This document shows positions 9,672-18,049 of a stretch of DNA of 64,000 nucleotides, in pieces. Where the stretch lies: positions 36,984 to 100,983 of the forward strand of contig CACZQB010000054.1 of NCBI GenBank assembly GCA_902783255.1, given 5' to 3'. A model generated the notes under the pieces. That model was not told where the DNA came from, searched no databases, and was given only the letters and a program-made list of their open reading frames with translations. The stretch's first letter is position 1. Each line of letters starts with the position of its first letter. Origin of the DNA: Oscillospiraceae bacterium (GTDB lineage: Bacteria > Bacillota > Clostridia > Oscillospirales > UBA644). The translations under genes and the position numbers were made by a program.

Positions 9672-10310
9672 ATGATGAATAAAATATTTGCAAAAATTAA
9701 AAAAACAGGCATAATACCCGTTATAAAATTAGATGAGTCAAATGATATTCTTCCATTAGCGGAAGCACTTCTTAACGGTGGCATTAATGTTGCCGAGATC
9801 ACATTCAGAACAATGGCAGCAGCAGAGGCTATAAAATTACTTAAGCATTCAAATTACGATATACTGATAGGCGCTGGAACAGTGTTGACTACGGATAATG
9901 TCGATAAAGCAGTCGAAGCAGGAGCAGAGTTCATTGTTACTCCCGGATTTAATCCAAGAATTGTTGATTATTGTATTAATAATGGGATTCTGATTGCTCC
10001 AGGCACGTCAATACCTTCAGAGATAGAAATGGCGCTTGAAAGGGGATTGGACGTTGTAAAATTTTTCCCGGCAGAGCAAAGTGGCGGTCTTCCGAAGATC
10101 AAAGCTATGGGCGCCGCTTATGGGGATATAAAATTTATCCCGACAGGAGGGATTTCTTTAGATAATCTTTCATCCTACGCTTCATGTGAAAGAGTTCTGG
10201 CATGCGGAGGCACTTTTATGGTGAAAGATTCATTAATAAAAGAAAAGAAATGGACGACTATTACTGATTTGTCTCGTGAAGCGATAGAAATAATCAATAA
10301 GTCTCGTTGA
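9672..10310 (+). CDS. eda: 2-dehydro-3-deoxyphosphogluconate / 4-hydroxy-2-oxoglutarate aldolase
   Basis: GIIPVIKLD...GGINVAEITFRT and the Schiff-base lysine context VVKFFPAE are present; about 212 aa. The start could be 9672 or 9675. Confidence 0.85.
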   Translation: MMNKIFAKIKKTGIIPVIKLDESNDILPLAEALLNGGINVAEITFRTMAAAEAIKLLKHSNYDILIGAGTVLTTDNVDKAVEAGAEFIVTPGFNPRIVDYCINNGILIAPGTSIPSEIEMALERGLDVVKFFPAEQSGGLPKIKAMGAAYGDIKFIPTGGISLDNLSSYASCERVLACGGTFMVKDSLIKEKKWTTITDLSREAIEIINKSR

Positions 10311-10363
10311 TCTTTCGAAAAAAACCTTAAATTGTTTATTTGATATTTGTTATATTTTTTTCA

Positions 10364-10392
10364 TTTACAATTATTTAAAATAGGTTTATAAT
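10364..10392 (+). promoter_or_regulatory. Sigma-A-type promoter upstream of pduL
   Basis: TTTACA (10364-10369), 17-nt spacer, TATAAT (10387-10392). Confidence 0.4.
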
Positions 10393-10422
10393 TATTAAAA
10401 CAATAATGATGGGAGTATTAAA

Positions 10423-10992
10423 ATGAAGAAAATTTTAATCGAAATGTCTGCAAGACACATTCATGTAAATTCTGAACAACTTGAAATCCTTTACGGCAAA
10501 GGTTATGAGCTTACGCCAAAAAAAATGCTTTCTCAGCCGGGTCAGTTCCTTTCTGAAGAAAAAGTTACTGTTTGCGGTCCCAAAGGTGAATTAAAGGTTT
10601 CCATCCTTGGTCCCTGCAGAAAAGAAACTCAGCTCGAGCTTTCATTTTCTGATGCAAGAGCACTCGGACTTACTGTCCCTGTCCGTGAATCAGGCGATAT
10701 CAAGGGAAGCGCTCCTGTAACAGTAAAAGGTCCCGCAGGAGAATATACCGTTGATGAGGGAGCAATTGCGGCAATGCGCCATGTTCACCTTGATCCTGCA
10801 ACAGCCGAAGAGTTTGGTTTAAAAGATAAACAGATTGTTAGTGTTAAATATGATGGTGGCAACAGAAAACTTACATTTGGTGATGTTGTTGTTCGAGTAA
10901 GCCCCAACTATGCACCTGCAATGCACATAGATACCGACGAAGCTAATGCTGCCGGTATCGCAGGAACAGCCGAAGGCGAAATTATCGACTGA
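10423..10992 (+). CDS. pduL: PduL-type phosphate acyltransferase (phosphate propanoyl/acetyltransferase)
   Basis: Two PduL repeat signatures are present: SARHIHV near the N-terminus and MHIDTDEANAAG near the C-terminus. GGGAG RBS upstream. Confidence 0.85.
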   Translation: MKKILIEMSARHIHVNSEQLEILYGKGYELTPKKMLSQPGQFLSEEKVTVCGPKGELKVSILGPCRKETQLELSFSDARALGLTVPVRESGDIKGSAPVTVKGPAGEYTVDEGAIAAMRHVHLDPATAEEFGLKDKQIVSVKYDGGNRKLTFGDVVVRVSPNYAPAMHIDTDEANAAGIAGTAEGEIID

Positions 10993-11018
10993 TTTGCGCA
11001 TTGTTCTTACATGAAAAG

Positions 11019-11051
11019 ATATCCACCTGGTTTCAGGTGGATATTATTTTT
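11019..11051. terminator. Bidirectional hairpin terminator between convergent pduL and the TIM-barrel/ligase gene
   Basis: 11-bp perfect stem atatccacctg (11019-11029) pairs with caggtggatat (11034-11044), loop gttt, then a T-rich tail. A T run is also present on the other strand. Confidence 0.65.
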
Positions 11052-13587
11052 ATGCGGTTTCTATTTTGCTGTCTGCATGAAGCCCGAGTTTTTCAACGGC
11101 ATTTTCTCTCATTTTGTATTTTAGTATTTTCCCTGCCGCATTCATCGGAAATTCGCTGATAAAATCAATGTATTTCGGACATTTATGTTTTGCAATATGA
11201 GTAATGATATATTCGTGCAGTTCTTCTTCTGTCAAACTTTCATCTGCTTTTATAACGCATGCCATTATTTCTTCTCCATATTGTTTGTCAGGAACCCCTA
11301 TTACCTGAACATCCTTTACTTTTGGATGCGTATAAATAAAATCTTCTATCTCTTTGGGGTAAATGTTTTCACCTCCTCTGATAATCATATCCTTAATTCT
11401 TCCCGTAATTTTGTAATATCCATTAGGAAGTCTTCTCGCAAGATCTCCGGTGTGAAGCCATCCCTTATCGTCTATAGCCGCGGCAGTAGACTCAGGCATC
11501 TTGTAATAGCCTTTCATTATATTGTAACCCCTGGCAAGGAATTCACCGTCAACATTATCTGGCAGATCTTCACCTGTTTCAGGATCAACGATTTTGCATT
11601 CCACGCCAAACATTGCAGCGCCAACGGTATTTACTCTGAGATCAATAGAGTCTGTTGTTTTTGACATTGTACATCCCGGAGATGCCTCAGTCTGCCCATA
11701 CGTTATGCAAATGTCTTTCATATTCATTTTTTCAATTACTTCTTCCATGACCTTGATAGGGCATGGGCTGCCGGCCATTATCCCGGTTCTCATATATGAA
11801 AAGTCTGTTTTTGAAAAGTTTTCGTTGTTCAACATTGCTATAAACATTGTAGGAACACCATGAAAAGCAGTAATTTTTTCCTTGTTTATACAGTCAAGTC
11901 CTTTTTTAGGGGAGAATGCTGTTATAGGACTCATTGTCGTTCCGTGTGTTACCGATGCTGTCATTGCAAGCACCATTCCAAAGCAATGAAACATAGGTAC
12001 CTGGATCATCATCCTGTCTGCGGTGGAAAGATCCATACAGTCTCCGATGGCTTTTCCGTTATTGACTACATTGTAGTGAGTCAGCATAACGCCTTTTGGA
12101 AAACCGGTTGTTCCGGAGGTGTATTGCATATTGCATACATCGTCTTTATTAATGCTGGCAGCTCTTCTGTATACAGCTGAAAGAGGAGTTTTTGAAGATA
12201 GTGCTACAGCCTCCTTCCATGTAAAGCATCCTTTAAGCTCACTTTGAACAGTTATAATGTTTTTAAGCATGGGAAGTCTGTCGCTTAAAAGATGACCTGG
12301 TTCACATGTTTCCAGTTCGGGACATAATTCTTTGATAATCTCAAGATAGTTCGAATCTTTAAAACCATCAATCATTACAAGCGTATGTGTGTCCGACTGA
12401 CGCAGAAGGTATTCGGCTTCATGGATTTTATATGCTGTGTTTACTGTTACAAGCACTGCCCCGATTTTTGTGGTCGCCCAAAATGTAATATACCATTGCG
12501 GAACATTTGTAGCCCAAATCGCAACATGGTCTCCACTTCTTACGCCCATAGTGATCAGGGCTCTTGCGAATTCGTCTACATCATCCCTGAACTGACTGTA
12601 TGTTCTTGTATAGTCAAGCTCAGTATATCTGAATGCATATTGATCTGGGAAATTATCACAAATCTTATCAAGCACCTGAGGAAAAGTATAATCAATAAGA
12701 TGTTCTTTGGGCCAGATATAGTTACCGGTATGAGCAATGTTGAATTGAAGGTGTTCTCTTTTATGCAAATATTTTTGCATAAAATGAGCAAAATGTGGGA
12801 AAACTATGCCTGCATCGCTCAGTTTTTTTGCCCAACGCTTAACCCATTCAAGCGAAATATATCCATCGTAGCCTGATTCAATGAGCGCTCTCATCATGCG
12901 ATCAATTGGAAGATCACCTTCACCCATCAGTCTGTAGGATGCTTCACCATCGATCATCACAGAGTCTTTTACATGCACATATTTTATAAGTGAGTCGAGA
13001 TTTTTAACTGTTTCCTCCGGTTCTTCATTTCCATATCGGTACGGATGATGGACATCCCATAAAACAGCAATATGTTTGCTGTTAACTGAATCTATAAGCT
13101 TTCTTAGACGTTTTGTATCGGAGTAAACACCGTTGGTTTCAACTAAAAGAGTTATATCTGTCCCTTCAGCCATAATAGCAGCTTTTTTTAAAACACTGCA
13201 TATTTCAGCGTCATTTACCTCTCCGTTCGGCATAGGTTCTCTGTCTGCGAGAATACGAATAAATGGTGTTTTCAGCTTAATTGCAAGGGCTATATATTGT
13301 GAAATCTCGTTAAGATTTTCCTCTGTTTTATCAAGATATTTTAAGCCGCAGCCTGATGACAGACATGGTATTTCAAGATTAAGCCTCTCAAGAGTTTTAA
13401 TCGTTTCAGAAATCTTGTTTTCGGAAAACGGCTGTGCATTAACAGCGAAAATTTCGTTGCCAAGTCCTCTGATTTCTATCCCGTCAAACCCGATATCTTT
13501 TGCCATTGAATAAATATCGGACCAACTATATTCAGGACATGCAAGTGTTGAGAATGATATTTTCACGAGTTTGCCTCCGTTACTCAT
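11050..13587 (-). CDS. Fusion protein: N-terminal sugar-phosphate isomerase/epimerase-like (xylose-isomerase-fold, AP endonuclease 2 family) TIM barrel plus C-terminal AMP-forming acyl-CoA/acyl-adenylate ligase
   Basis: aa ~1-280: KISFSTLACPEY...GFDGIEIRG...LLVETNG...WDVHH...ISLEW pattern of the TIM-barrel family. aa ~296-845: adenylate-forming core motifs MQYTSGTTGFPKGVMLTH, YGQTE, GWLHTGDLA, RIKDMIIRGGENIYP and the terminal GKILKYK lysine. The more likely start is GTG 13566 (MKISFSTL...), preceded by GGAGG. Confidence 0.85.
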   Translation of the reverse strand: MSNGGKLVKISFSTLACPEYSWSDIYSMAKDIGFDGIEIRGLGNEIFAVNAQPFSENKISETIKTLERLNLEIPCLSSGCGLKYLDKTEENLNEISQYIALAIKLKTPFIRILADREPMPNGEVNDAEICSVLKKAAIMAEGTDITLLVETNGVYSDTKRLRKLIDSVNSKHIAVLWDVHHPYRYGNEEPEETVKNLDSLIKYVHVKDSVMIDGEASYRLMGEGDLPIDRMMRALIESGYDGYISLEWVKRWAKKLSDAGIVFPHFAHFMQKYLHKREHLQFNIAHTGNYIWPKEHLIDYTFPQVLDKICDNFPDQYAFRYTELDYTRTYSQFRDDVDEFARALITMGVRSGDHVAIWATNVPQWYITFWATTKIGAVLVTVNTAYKIHEAEYLLRQSDTHTLVMIDGFKDSNYLEIIKELCPELETCEPGHLLSDRLPMLKNIITVQSELKGCFTWKEAVALSSKTPLSAVYRRAASINKDDVCNMQYTSGTTGFPKGVMLTHYNVVNNGKAIGDCMDLSTADRMMIQVPMFHCFGMVLAMTASVTHGTTMSPITAFSPKKGLDCINKEKITAFHGVPTMFIAMLNNENFSKTDFSYMRTGIMAGSPCPIKVMEEVIEKMNMKDICITYGQTEASPGCTMSKTTDSIDLRVNTVGAAMFGVECKIVDPETGEDLPDNVDGEFLARGYNIMKGYYKMPESTAAAIDDKGWLHTGDLARRLPNGYYKITGRIKDMIIRGGENIYPKEIEDFIYTHPKVKDVQVIGVPDKQYGEEIMACVIKADESLTEEELHEYIITHIAKHKCPKYIDFISEFPMNAAGKILKYKMRENAVEKLGLHADSKIETA

Positions 13588-13622
13588 AATTATTTATGTA
13601 TAAATTTTCATTGTACTGAATT

Positions 13623-13651
13623 ATTTTATCAAAACGGGAACGATTTGTCAA
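13623..13651 (-). promoter_or_regulatory. Sigma-A-type promoter for the TIM-barrel/ligase gene
   Basis: On the minus strand: TTGACA (13651-13646), 17-nt spacer ending TGa, TAAAAT (13628-13623). Confidence 0.45.
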
Positions 13652-13670
13652 GCTTAATTTACTTGAATTA

Positions 13671-13699
13671 TTGACATTATTGCGTAAATATGTTAAAAT
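13671..13699 (+). promoter_or_regulatory. Sigma-A-type promoter for the RluA-family gene (predicted TSS coincides with the ATG)
   Basis: TTGACA (13671-13676), 17-nt spacer ending TGt, TAAAAT (13694-13699). The ATG at 13706 is 7 nt after the -10 element. Confidence 0.45.
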
Positions 13700-13705
13700 A
13701 AAAAT

Positions 13706-14569
13706 ATGAAAAGAAAACTTATATTTCATATTGACTTATCCTGCAATAAAAAAACTGTAAAATCCTTTTTACTCAAAGAAGCTCTTCTTTCAAATACAAC
13801 TCTGAAACAATTGAAGAAATCTGACGATGGGATCTTATTGAACGGAAATAGAGTATTTGTTACAAATCAGCTGAATTGCGGAGATCTTCTTGAAATCAAT
13901 ATTCCTGACACTAAAGTAAGTGCGATAGAACCGGTAAAAGGCGATCTTGATATCCTGTATGAAGATGAGGATATATTGGCTATAGATAAACCTCCTTTTA
14001 TTCCTGTTCATCCTTCAAAAGGACATATTGACGACAGTCTGGCCAATATAGTAATCGCGTACCTTGCCGAAAAAACAGGTACGCCTGTGTTTCGATGCGT
14101 TACACGTTTGGACAAAAATACATCCGGTGTTGTGTTGATCGCAAAGAATTCTTTGAGCCATAATAACATCAGAAAGCAACTGCTATCTCATGATGTAACC
14201 AAAATATATCATGCAGTCGTTCATGGTATAACTGATGTATCAGGTATGATTGATGCTCCGATTGTACGACCAAATGCTGCTACGATTAAGCGAGAAATCC
14301 GTGAAGACGGTGCGCCATCCGTTACAAATTATAAAACAATTAAAACAGAAAACGATGTTTCGTATCTGGAAGTAATACCCGTAACAGGAAGAACACATCA
14401 GATCCGGGTACATATGGCTTATATTGATCATCCGATATGCGGTGATTTTCTCTATGGAGATCCAAACGACAATTACTGCCGACAAATGCTTCACGCCTAT
14501 CAGATATCTTTTAAACACCCAACCAAGAACGAAGCAATAACAATTCAAAGTAATCATGATATTTTTTAA
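13706..14569 (+). CDS. RluA-family pseudouridine synthase
   Basis: Catalytic motif RLDKNTSGVVLIAK and GRTHQIRVH; S4-like N-terminus. Confidence 0.85.
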   Translation: MKRKLIFHIDLSCNKKTVKSFLLKEALLSNTTLKQLKKSDDGILLNGNRVFVTNQLNCGDLLEINIPDTKVSAIEPVKGDLDILYEDEDILAIDKPPFIPVHPSKGHIDDSLANIVIAYLAEKTGTPVFRCVTRLDKNTSGVVLIAKNSLSHNNIRKQLLSHDVTKIYHAVVHGITDVSGMIDAPIVRPNAATIKREIREDGAPSVTNYKTIKTENDVSYLEVIPVTGRTHQIRVHMAYIDHPICGDFLYGDPNDNYCRQMLHAYQISFKHPTKNEAITIQSNHDIF

Positions 14570-14575
14570 TAGAAT

Positions 14576-14609
14576 AATAAACCGACAGAAATGCCGGTTT
14601 ATTATTTTT
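14576..14609. terminator. Hairpin terminator between convergent genes
   Basis: 9-bp stem aataaaccg (14576-14584) pairs with cggtttatt (14595-14603), followed by T5. Confidence 0.55.
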
Positions 14610-14616
14610 AAATATT

Positions 14617-15564
14617 TTATCTTAAAAAAGCAGCTCCGATTATTCCTGCATCGTTACCAAGCTTAGCTACAGCTATTTTCTGCTCAGGGAACCGTGAACC
14701 GGCATAAACATTCTTGTTTATATAACTGCGCATCGGTTTAAGAAGATAATCTCCTTCATTACAGATGCCTCCGCCGATAATCAAGATTTCAGGACGGAAT
14801 ATATTGATCATATCAATAAGACCTTCCGCTATATATTCAATATATCGGTCAACAACTTCCTGACCTGCTTTATCTCCCTTTCTCGCTGCCTCAAAAGCAG
14901 TTCTTCCGCTTACATTGTCAAGTGTTGTTAACTGGTTCATTATTGAATCGGGATTTTCTTTCATTGCTTTTGCCGTCTGACGTATAAGCGCAGTTGCGGA
15001 TGCATATGCCTCCCAGCATCCTTTCCTTCCGCACGTGCACTGTTCTCCATCTTTAACAAGCATTATATGACCTAATTCGGCTCCGGCGGAGTGCTGTCCT
15101 TCGTATATTTTACCGTCAATAACAATTCCTCCTCCAACACCGGTTCCGAGGGTAATCATAATTGCGTTCTTAAGTCCTTTAGCTGCACCGGATATAACTT
15201 CACCAAGAGCTGCTACGTTGGCATCGTTACCAATATAAACAGGCTTGTCTATATATTGTTTAAGAAGATTAGCCATTGGAACATGGTCGCCGTACTTGAA
15301 ATTGTTGGCATAAACTATTACACCGTTTGCCGTATCTATGCTTCCCGGCGCCCCTATGCCTAAATGCGACACGTTTTTCAGTGAAATTTCGTTTTCTTCA
15401 AGAAGTGAAAGCGTGCATGATGCCATGTCCTTCACAATTTCTTCAAACGGACGTTGAGAACCTGTTTTTACGGATTTCTTTGCTGCTATTTCACCTTCCT
15501 CAGTAACTATTCCAACAGCTATGTTGGTTCCGCCTAAGTCTATACCTATTTTATAATTTTTCAT
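14617..15564 (-). CDS. glcK: ROK-family glucokinase
   Basis: GIDLGGTN ATP-binding motif and the ROK zinc motif GHIMLVKDGEQCTCGRKGCWE. I prefer ATG 15564 (MKNYKIGIDLGG, AAAGGA 7 nt upstream) over the track start at 15600, which would overlap the upstream gene. Confidence 0.88.
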   Translation of the reverse strand: MKNYKIGIDLGGTNIAVGIVTEEGEIAAKKSVKTGSQRPFEEIVKDMASCTLSLLEENEISLKNVSHLGIGAPGSIDTANGVIVYANNFKYGDHVPMANLLKQYIDKPVYIGNDANVAALGEVISGAAKGLKNAIMITLGTGVGGGIVIDGKIYEGQHSAGAELGHIMLVKDGEQCTCGRKGCWEAYASATALIRQTAKAMKENPDSIMNQLTTLDNVSGRTAFEAARKGDKAGQEVVDRYIEYIAEGLIDMINIFRPEILIIGGGICNEGDYLLKPMRSYINKNVYAGSRFPEQKIAVAKLGNDAGIIGAAFLR

Positions 15565-15589
15565 AAGATAGTCCTTTCGTAAAAGTTTA

Positions 15590-17857
15590 TTATTTTTCAT
15601 TAGGATTTCTTGAGCTGCGTTTTAGAGTGTTTTTCCTTATTGCCCTGTAATATGCTTTGATTATATTGTTACCAAAAGAGTCAAGAGAGTATTCTTCTGC
15701 TTTTTTTATGCTATTATCTCTCATTTTTATGCGTGCCTCAGGAGATAGCGAACGATATTTGTCAAGAGCGGAAATAAATGATTGTGCATCGTCAAAATAA
15801 AAACCTGTTTCGTTTTCTATGAGAACATCATCAAGGCATTCGTCGTATTTTGCGATAACAGGTGTTCCGGACGCCATAGATTCAATATAAGTAAGCCCTT
15901 GTGTTTCACTTGTGGAGGCTGTTACAAAAACATTTCCGATAGCAAAGTAATTCTGAATCTGTTCCGGCGGCTGCTTTCCAAGAAAAAAGATCTTATTGTC
16001 CAATTTCATTTCTTTTACCATGGCCTTAAGCTCTTCTTCTGCCGGTCCGTAACCTGTGATTACAAATACGGCATCTGGATATTTGAAGAATACAGTAGGC
16101 ATTTGATTTATAATAAAATCTATGCTTTTTTCCTGAGCAAGTCTACCTACATAAATGATCCTGAATTTATCTTTAATATTTAGGTCAGTCAGTATTTTTT
16201 CAACTATGTTTCTGTCTACATTTTTCGGATTCAGCCTTTCGGTGTCTATTCCTGTCGGAACAATATGCATTTGTTTGTTTATTCCGTATTCTCTTAAAAC
16301 TTCATAAGTTTTTTTAGATGGAACAATGATTTCGCAATCCTTGTCATACAAATGTTTTGTATACATGCCAACCATTTTGCGGGAGGTTTTGTCGAAATAT
16401 CCTTTTGTAATATAGTGAGTATAATCCTCCCACATTGTATGACTCGTATAGCAATAGGGGATACCGTAAAGCTTTGATGCTGAAATAGCAATCATGCGTA
16501 TTGTAAACTCCGTATGAATATGAATTATATCAAGATTCATATTTTTTATGTATTCCAATGCTTGAATACTCATTGGCCTTGAGATCCGGTAACCGTAAAG
16601 CTGCTTGATCTTTACAGCGGGAATTCGCAATATTCCGTTTTCAAATTCTACGCCGCCTATAAGCTTTGTATCAAGCGTGGCTGTGATCACATACACGGTA
16701 TGTCCCATTTTTTGAAGCTGTTTGCGAAGAGTTTCAACAGAAACGGCCACTCCGTTAACATCAGGAAGATATGTGTCTGAAAATAAGCCAATTCGTAACT
16801 TTTTTTTCATATAGTTTTCTTTTCCGAATTTACGTATTGCAGTTGTGATAACATCATCCTGAGTAGCTTCGTATATTCTTTTAAGTTTCTGACCGATTTG
16901 TTTTATGTCTCTTTCTTCTGCAGTTTTGCGTGCTGCTGCAGAGACATCAGGAAGTTTACCGTCAATTTTATCTCTGATCAGTTTTGCGAATTGTTCATTG
17001 TTAATGCCTTTAAAACAATTAATGCCGTCCTTTAGCCAATCATTATACACTGGAATATCTCGAACCACTACTGTTCCGGAACAGGCAAGGCTTTCAAGAA
17101 CAACAATTCCTTCTGTTTCTTCATATGTCGGGAAGAAGAATATATCCGCCGAAGAAAATGCGCCTTCATACACATCGCCCTGCATATATCCAGGAAAAAA
17201 TACATTAGCGGGATGATCCGTTGTAACGGCATTTCTGATTTCGACAGGTATGGAAAGCAGTGGAGTTTGACCGAACCAAACAAATTTTACGTCCGGAAGC
17301 ATTTCAGCTACCTTTATAAAATCAAGAATTCCCTTCCTTTTTATCCATAAGCCTGATGCGATAACGATTTTATCGTTTTCTGAAAACCCGAAATAATTCC
17401 TGAATGCCGCTGCTTTTTCGGGATCATGATAAAATCTGTTAACATTTACTCCGTTTGAAACAACTTCAATGGGAGCGTTGATTCTGTATTTTTTTAGAAG
17501 GAGATCTCTGGCATATGGTGTCGGAGCTATTATGCAGTCTGCTGTTCTGTAAAGAAGCATTAATCTTTCTTTTACGAATTTTGAAACCATATTTGAGAAA
17601 ATAAATGAATTTCTGAAATCCTCTTCAGTAGAATGGGCATGGTAGATTATGGCTGCCCCTTTTTTCTTTGCCTCAGCAATAATAGGCTCGCTGTTTATAA
17701 AAACTGTGTTGATATGCAGTATGTCGTAATCGTCTTCAGGGTCAAGCGTGTAATCCACGCCAGCAGATTCAAGTGCCTTTATCTGGTGCGACCTTGCCAT
17801 ACCGACGCCTGATTTTGAGATTTTGTCTATTCCTTCAAAGTATAAAAGAACTTTCAA
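15590..17857 (-). CDS. Tandem fusion of two GT4-family (GT-B) glycosyltransferase modules, glycolipid-synthase-like
   Basis: Module 1 (aa 1-349) has the EX7E motif ETEGIVVLES. Module 2 (aa 350-755) opens with MKKKLRIGLFSDTYLPDVNGVA, typical of alpha-monoglucosyl-diacylglycerol synthase-type enzymes, and has ETQGLTYIES. TTG start with GAGGTG upstream. Confidence 0.85.
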   Translation of the reverse strand: MKVLLYFEGIDKISKSGVGMARSHQIKALESAGVDYTLDPEDDYDILHINTVFINSEPIIAEAKKKGAAIIYHAHSTEEDFRNSFIFSNMVSKFVKERLMLLYRTADCIIAPTPYARDLLLKKYRINAPIEVVSNGVNVNRFYHDPEKAAAFRNYFGFSENDKIVIASGLWIKRKGILDFIKVAEMLPDVKFVWFGQTPLLSIPVEIRNAVTTDHPANVFFPGYMQGDVYEGAFSSADIFFFPTYEETEGIVVLESLACSGTVVVRDIPVYNDWLKDGINCFKGINNEQFAKLIRDKIDGKLPDVSAAARKTAEERDIKQIGQKLKRIYEATQDDVITTAIRKFGKENYMKKKLRIGLFSDTYLPDVNGVAVSVETLRKQLQKMGHTVYVITATLDTKLIGGVEFENGILRIPAVKIKQLYGYRISRPMSIQALEYIKNMNLDIIHIHTEFTIRMIAISASKLYGIPYCYTSHTMWEDYTHYITKGYFDKTSRKMVGMYTKHLYDKDCEIIVPSKKTYEVLREYGINKQMHIVPTGIDTERLNPKNVDRNIVEKILTDLNIKDKFRIIYVGRLAQEKSIDFIINQMPTVFFKYPDAVFVITGYGPAEEELKAMVKEMKLDNKIFFLGKQPPEQIQNYFAIGNVFVTASTSETQGLTYIESMASGTPVIAKYDECLDDVLIENETGFYFDDAQSFISALDKYRSLSPEARIKMRDNSIKKAEEYSLDSFGNNIIKAYYRAIRKNTLKRSSRNPNEK

Positions 17858-17909
17858 TCAATCACACCTCACAGATTAGATAATAAGTATTTTGTAAAAT
17901 ACAATGTAA

Positions 17910-17938
17910 TTTTATCATATTTCATAATTTATGTCAAG
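17910..17938 (-). promoter_or_regulatory. Sigma-A-type promoter for the GT4-GT4 gene
   Basis: On the minus strand: TTGACA (17938-17933), 17-nt spacer ending TGa, TAAAAT (17915-17910). Confidence 0.45.
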
Positions 17939-17994
17939 CTTTTTATTCCTAAATAAAAAAAAGGTAAAAAATTATCAGTCCTGTCAAAATCAGA

Positions 17995-18023
17995 TTGACA
18001 AAAAGTAGAAAATTTGATATAAT
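17995..18023 (+). promoter_or_regulatory. Sigma-A-type promoter for the Gfo/Idh/MocA-pth-mfd unit
   Basis: TTGACA (17995-18000), 17-nt spacer ending TGa, TATAAT (18018-18023). AAGGAG RBS before ATG 18050. Confidence 0.5.
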
Positions 18024-18049
18024 ACAAAAAAATAATAAGGAGCACGATT

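Noticed and set aside
12385-13513. Several 100-160-aa ORFs antisense to the TIM-barrel/ligase gene (12385-12876, 13133-13513, and also 11185-12180).
   Set aside because: Same codon-usage artefact. They have no motifs, and they interrupt one another while the minus-strand frame is continuous and motif-rich.
14587-14600. The 14-mer agaaatgccggttt occurs in two terminators (14587-14600 and 34507-34520); a possible repeat family?
   Set aside because: It plays different structural roles in the two hairpins (loop plus 3' arm versus 5' arm). One shared 14-mer in 64 kb of AT-biased sequence is within chance expectation, and no further copies were seen.
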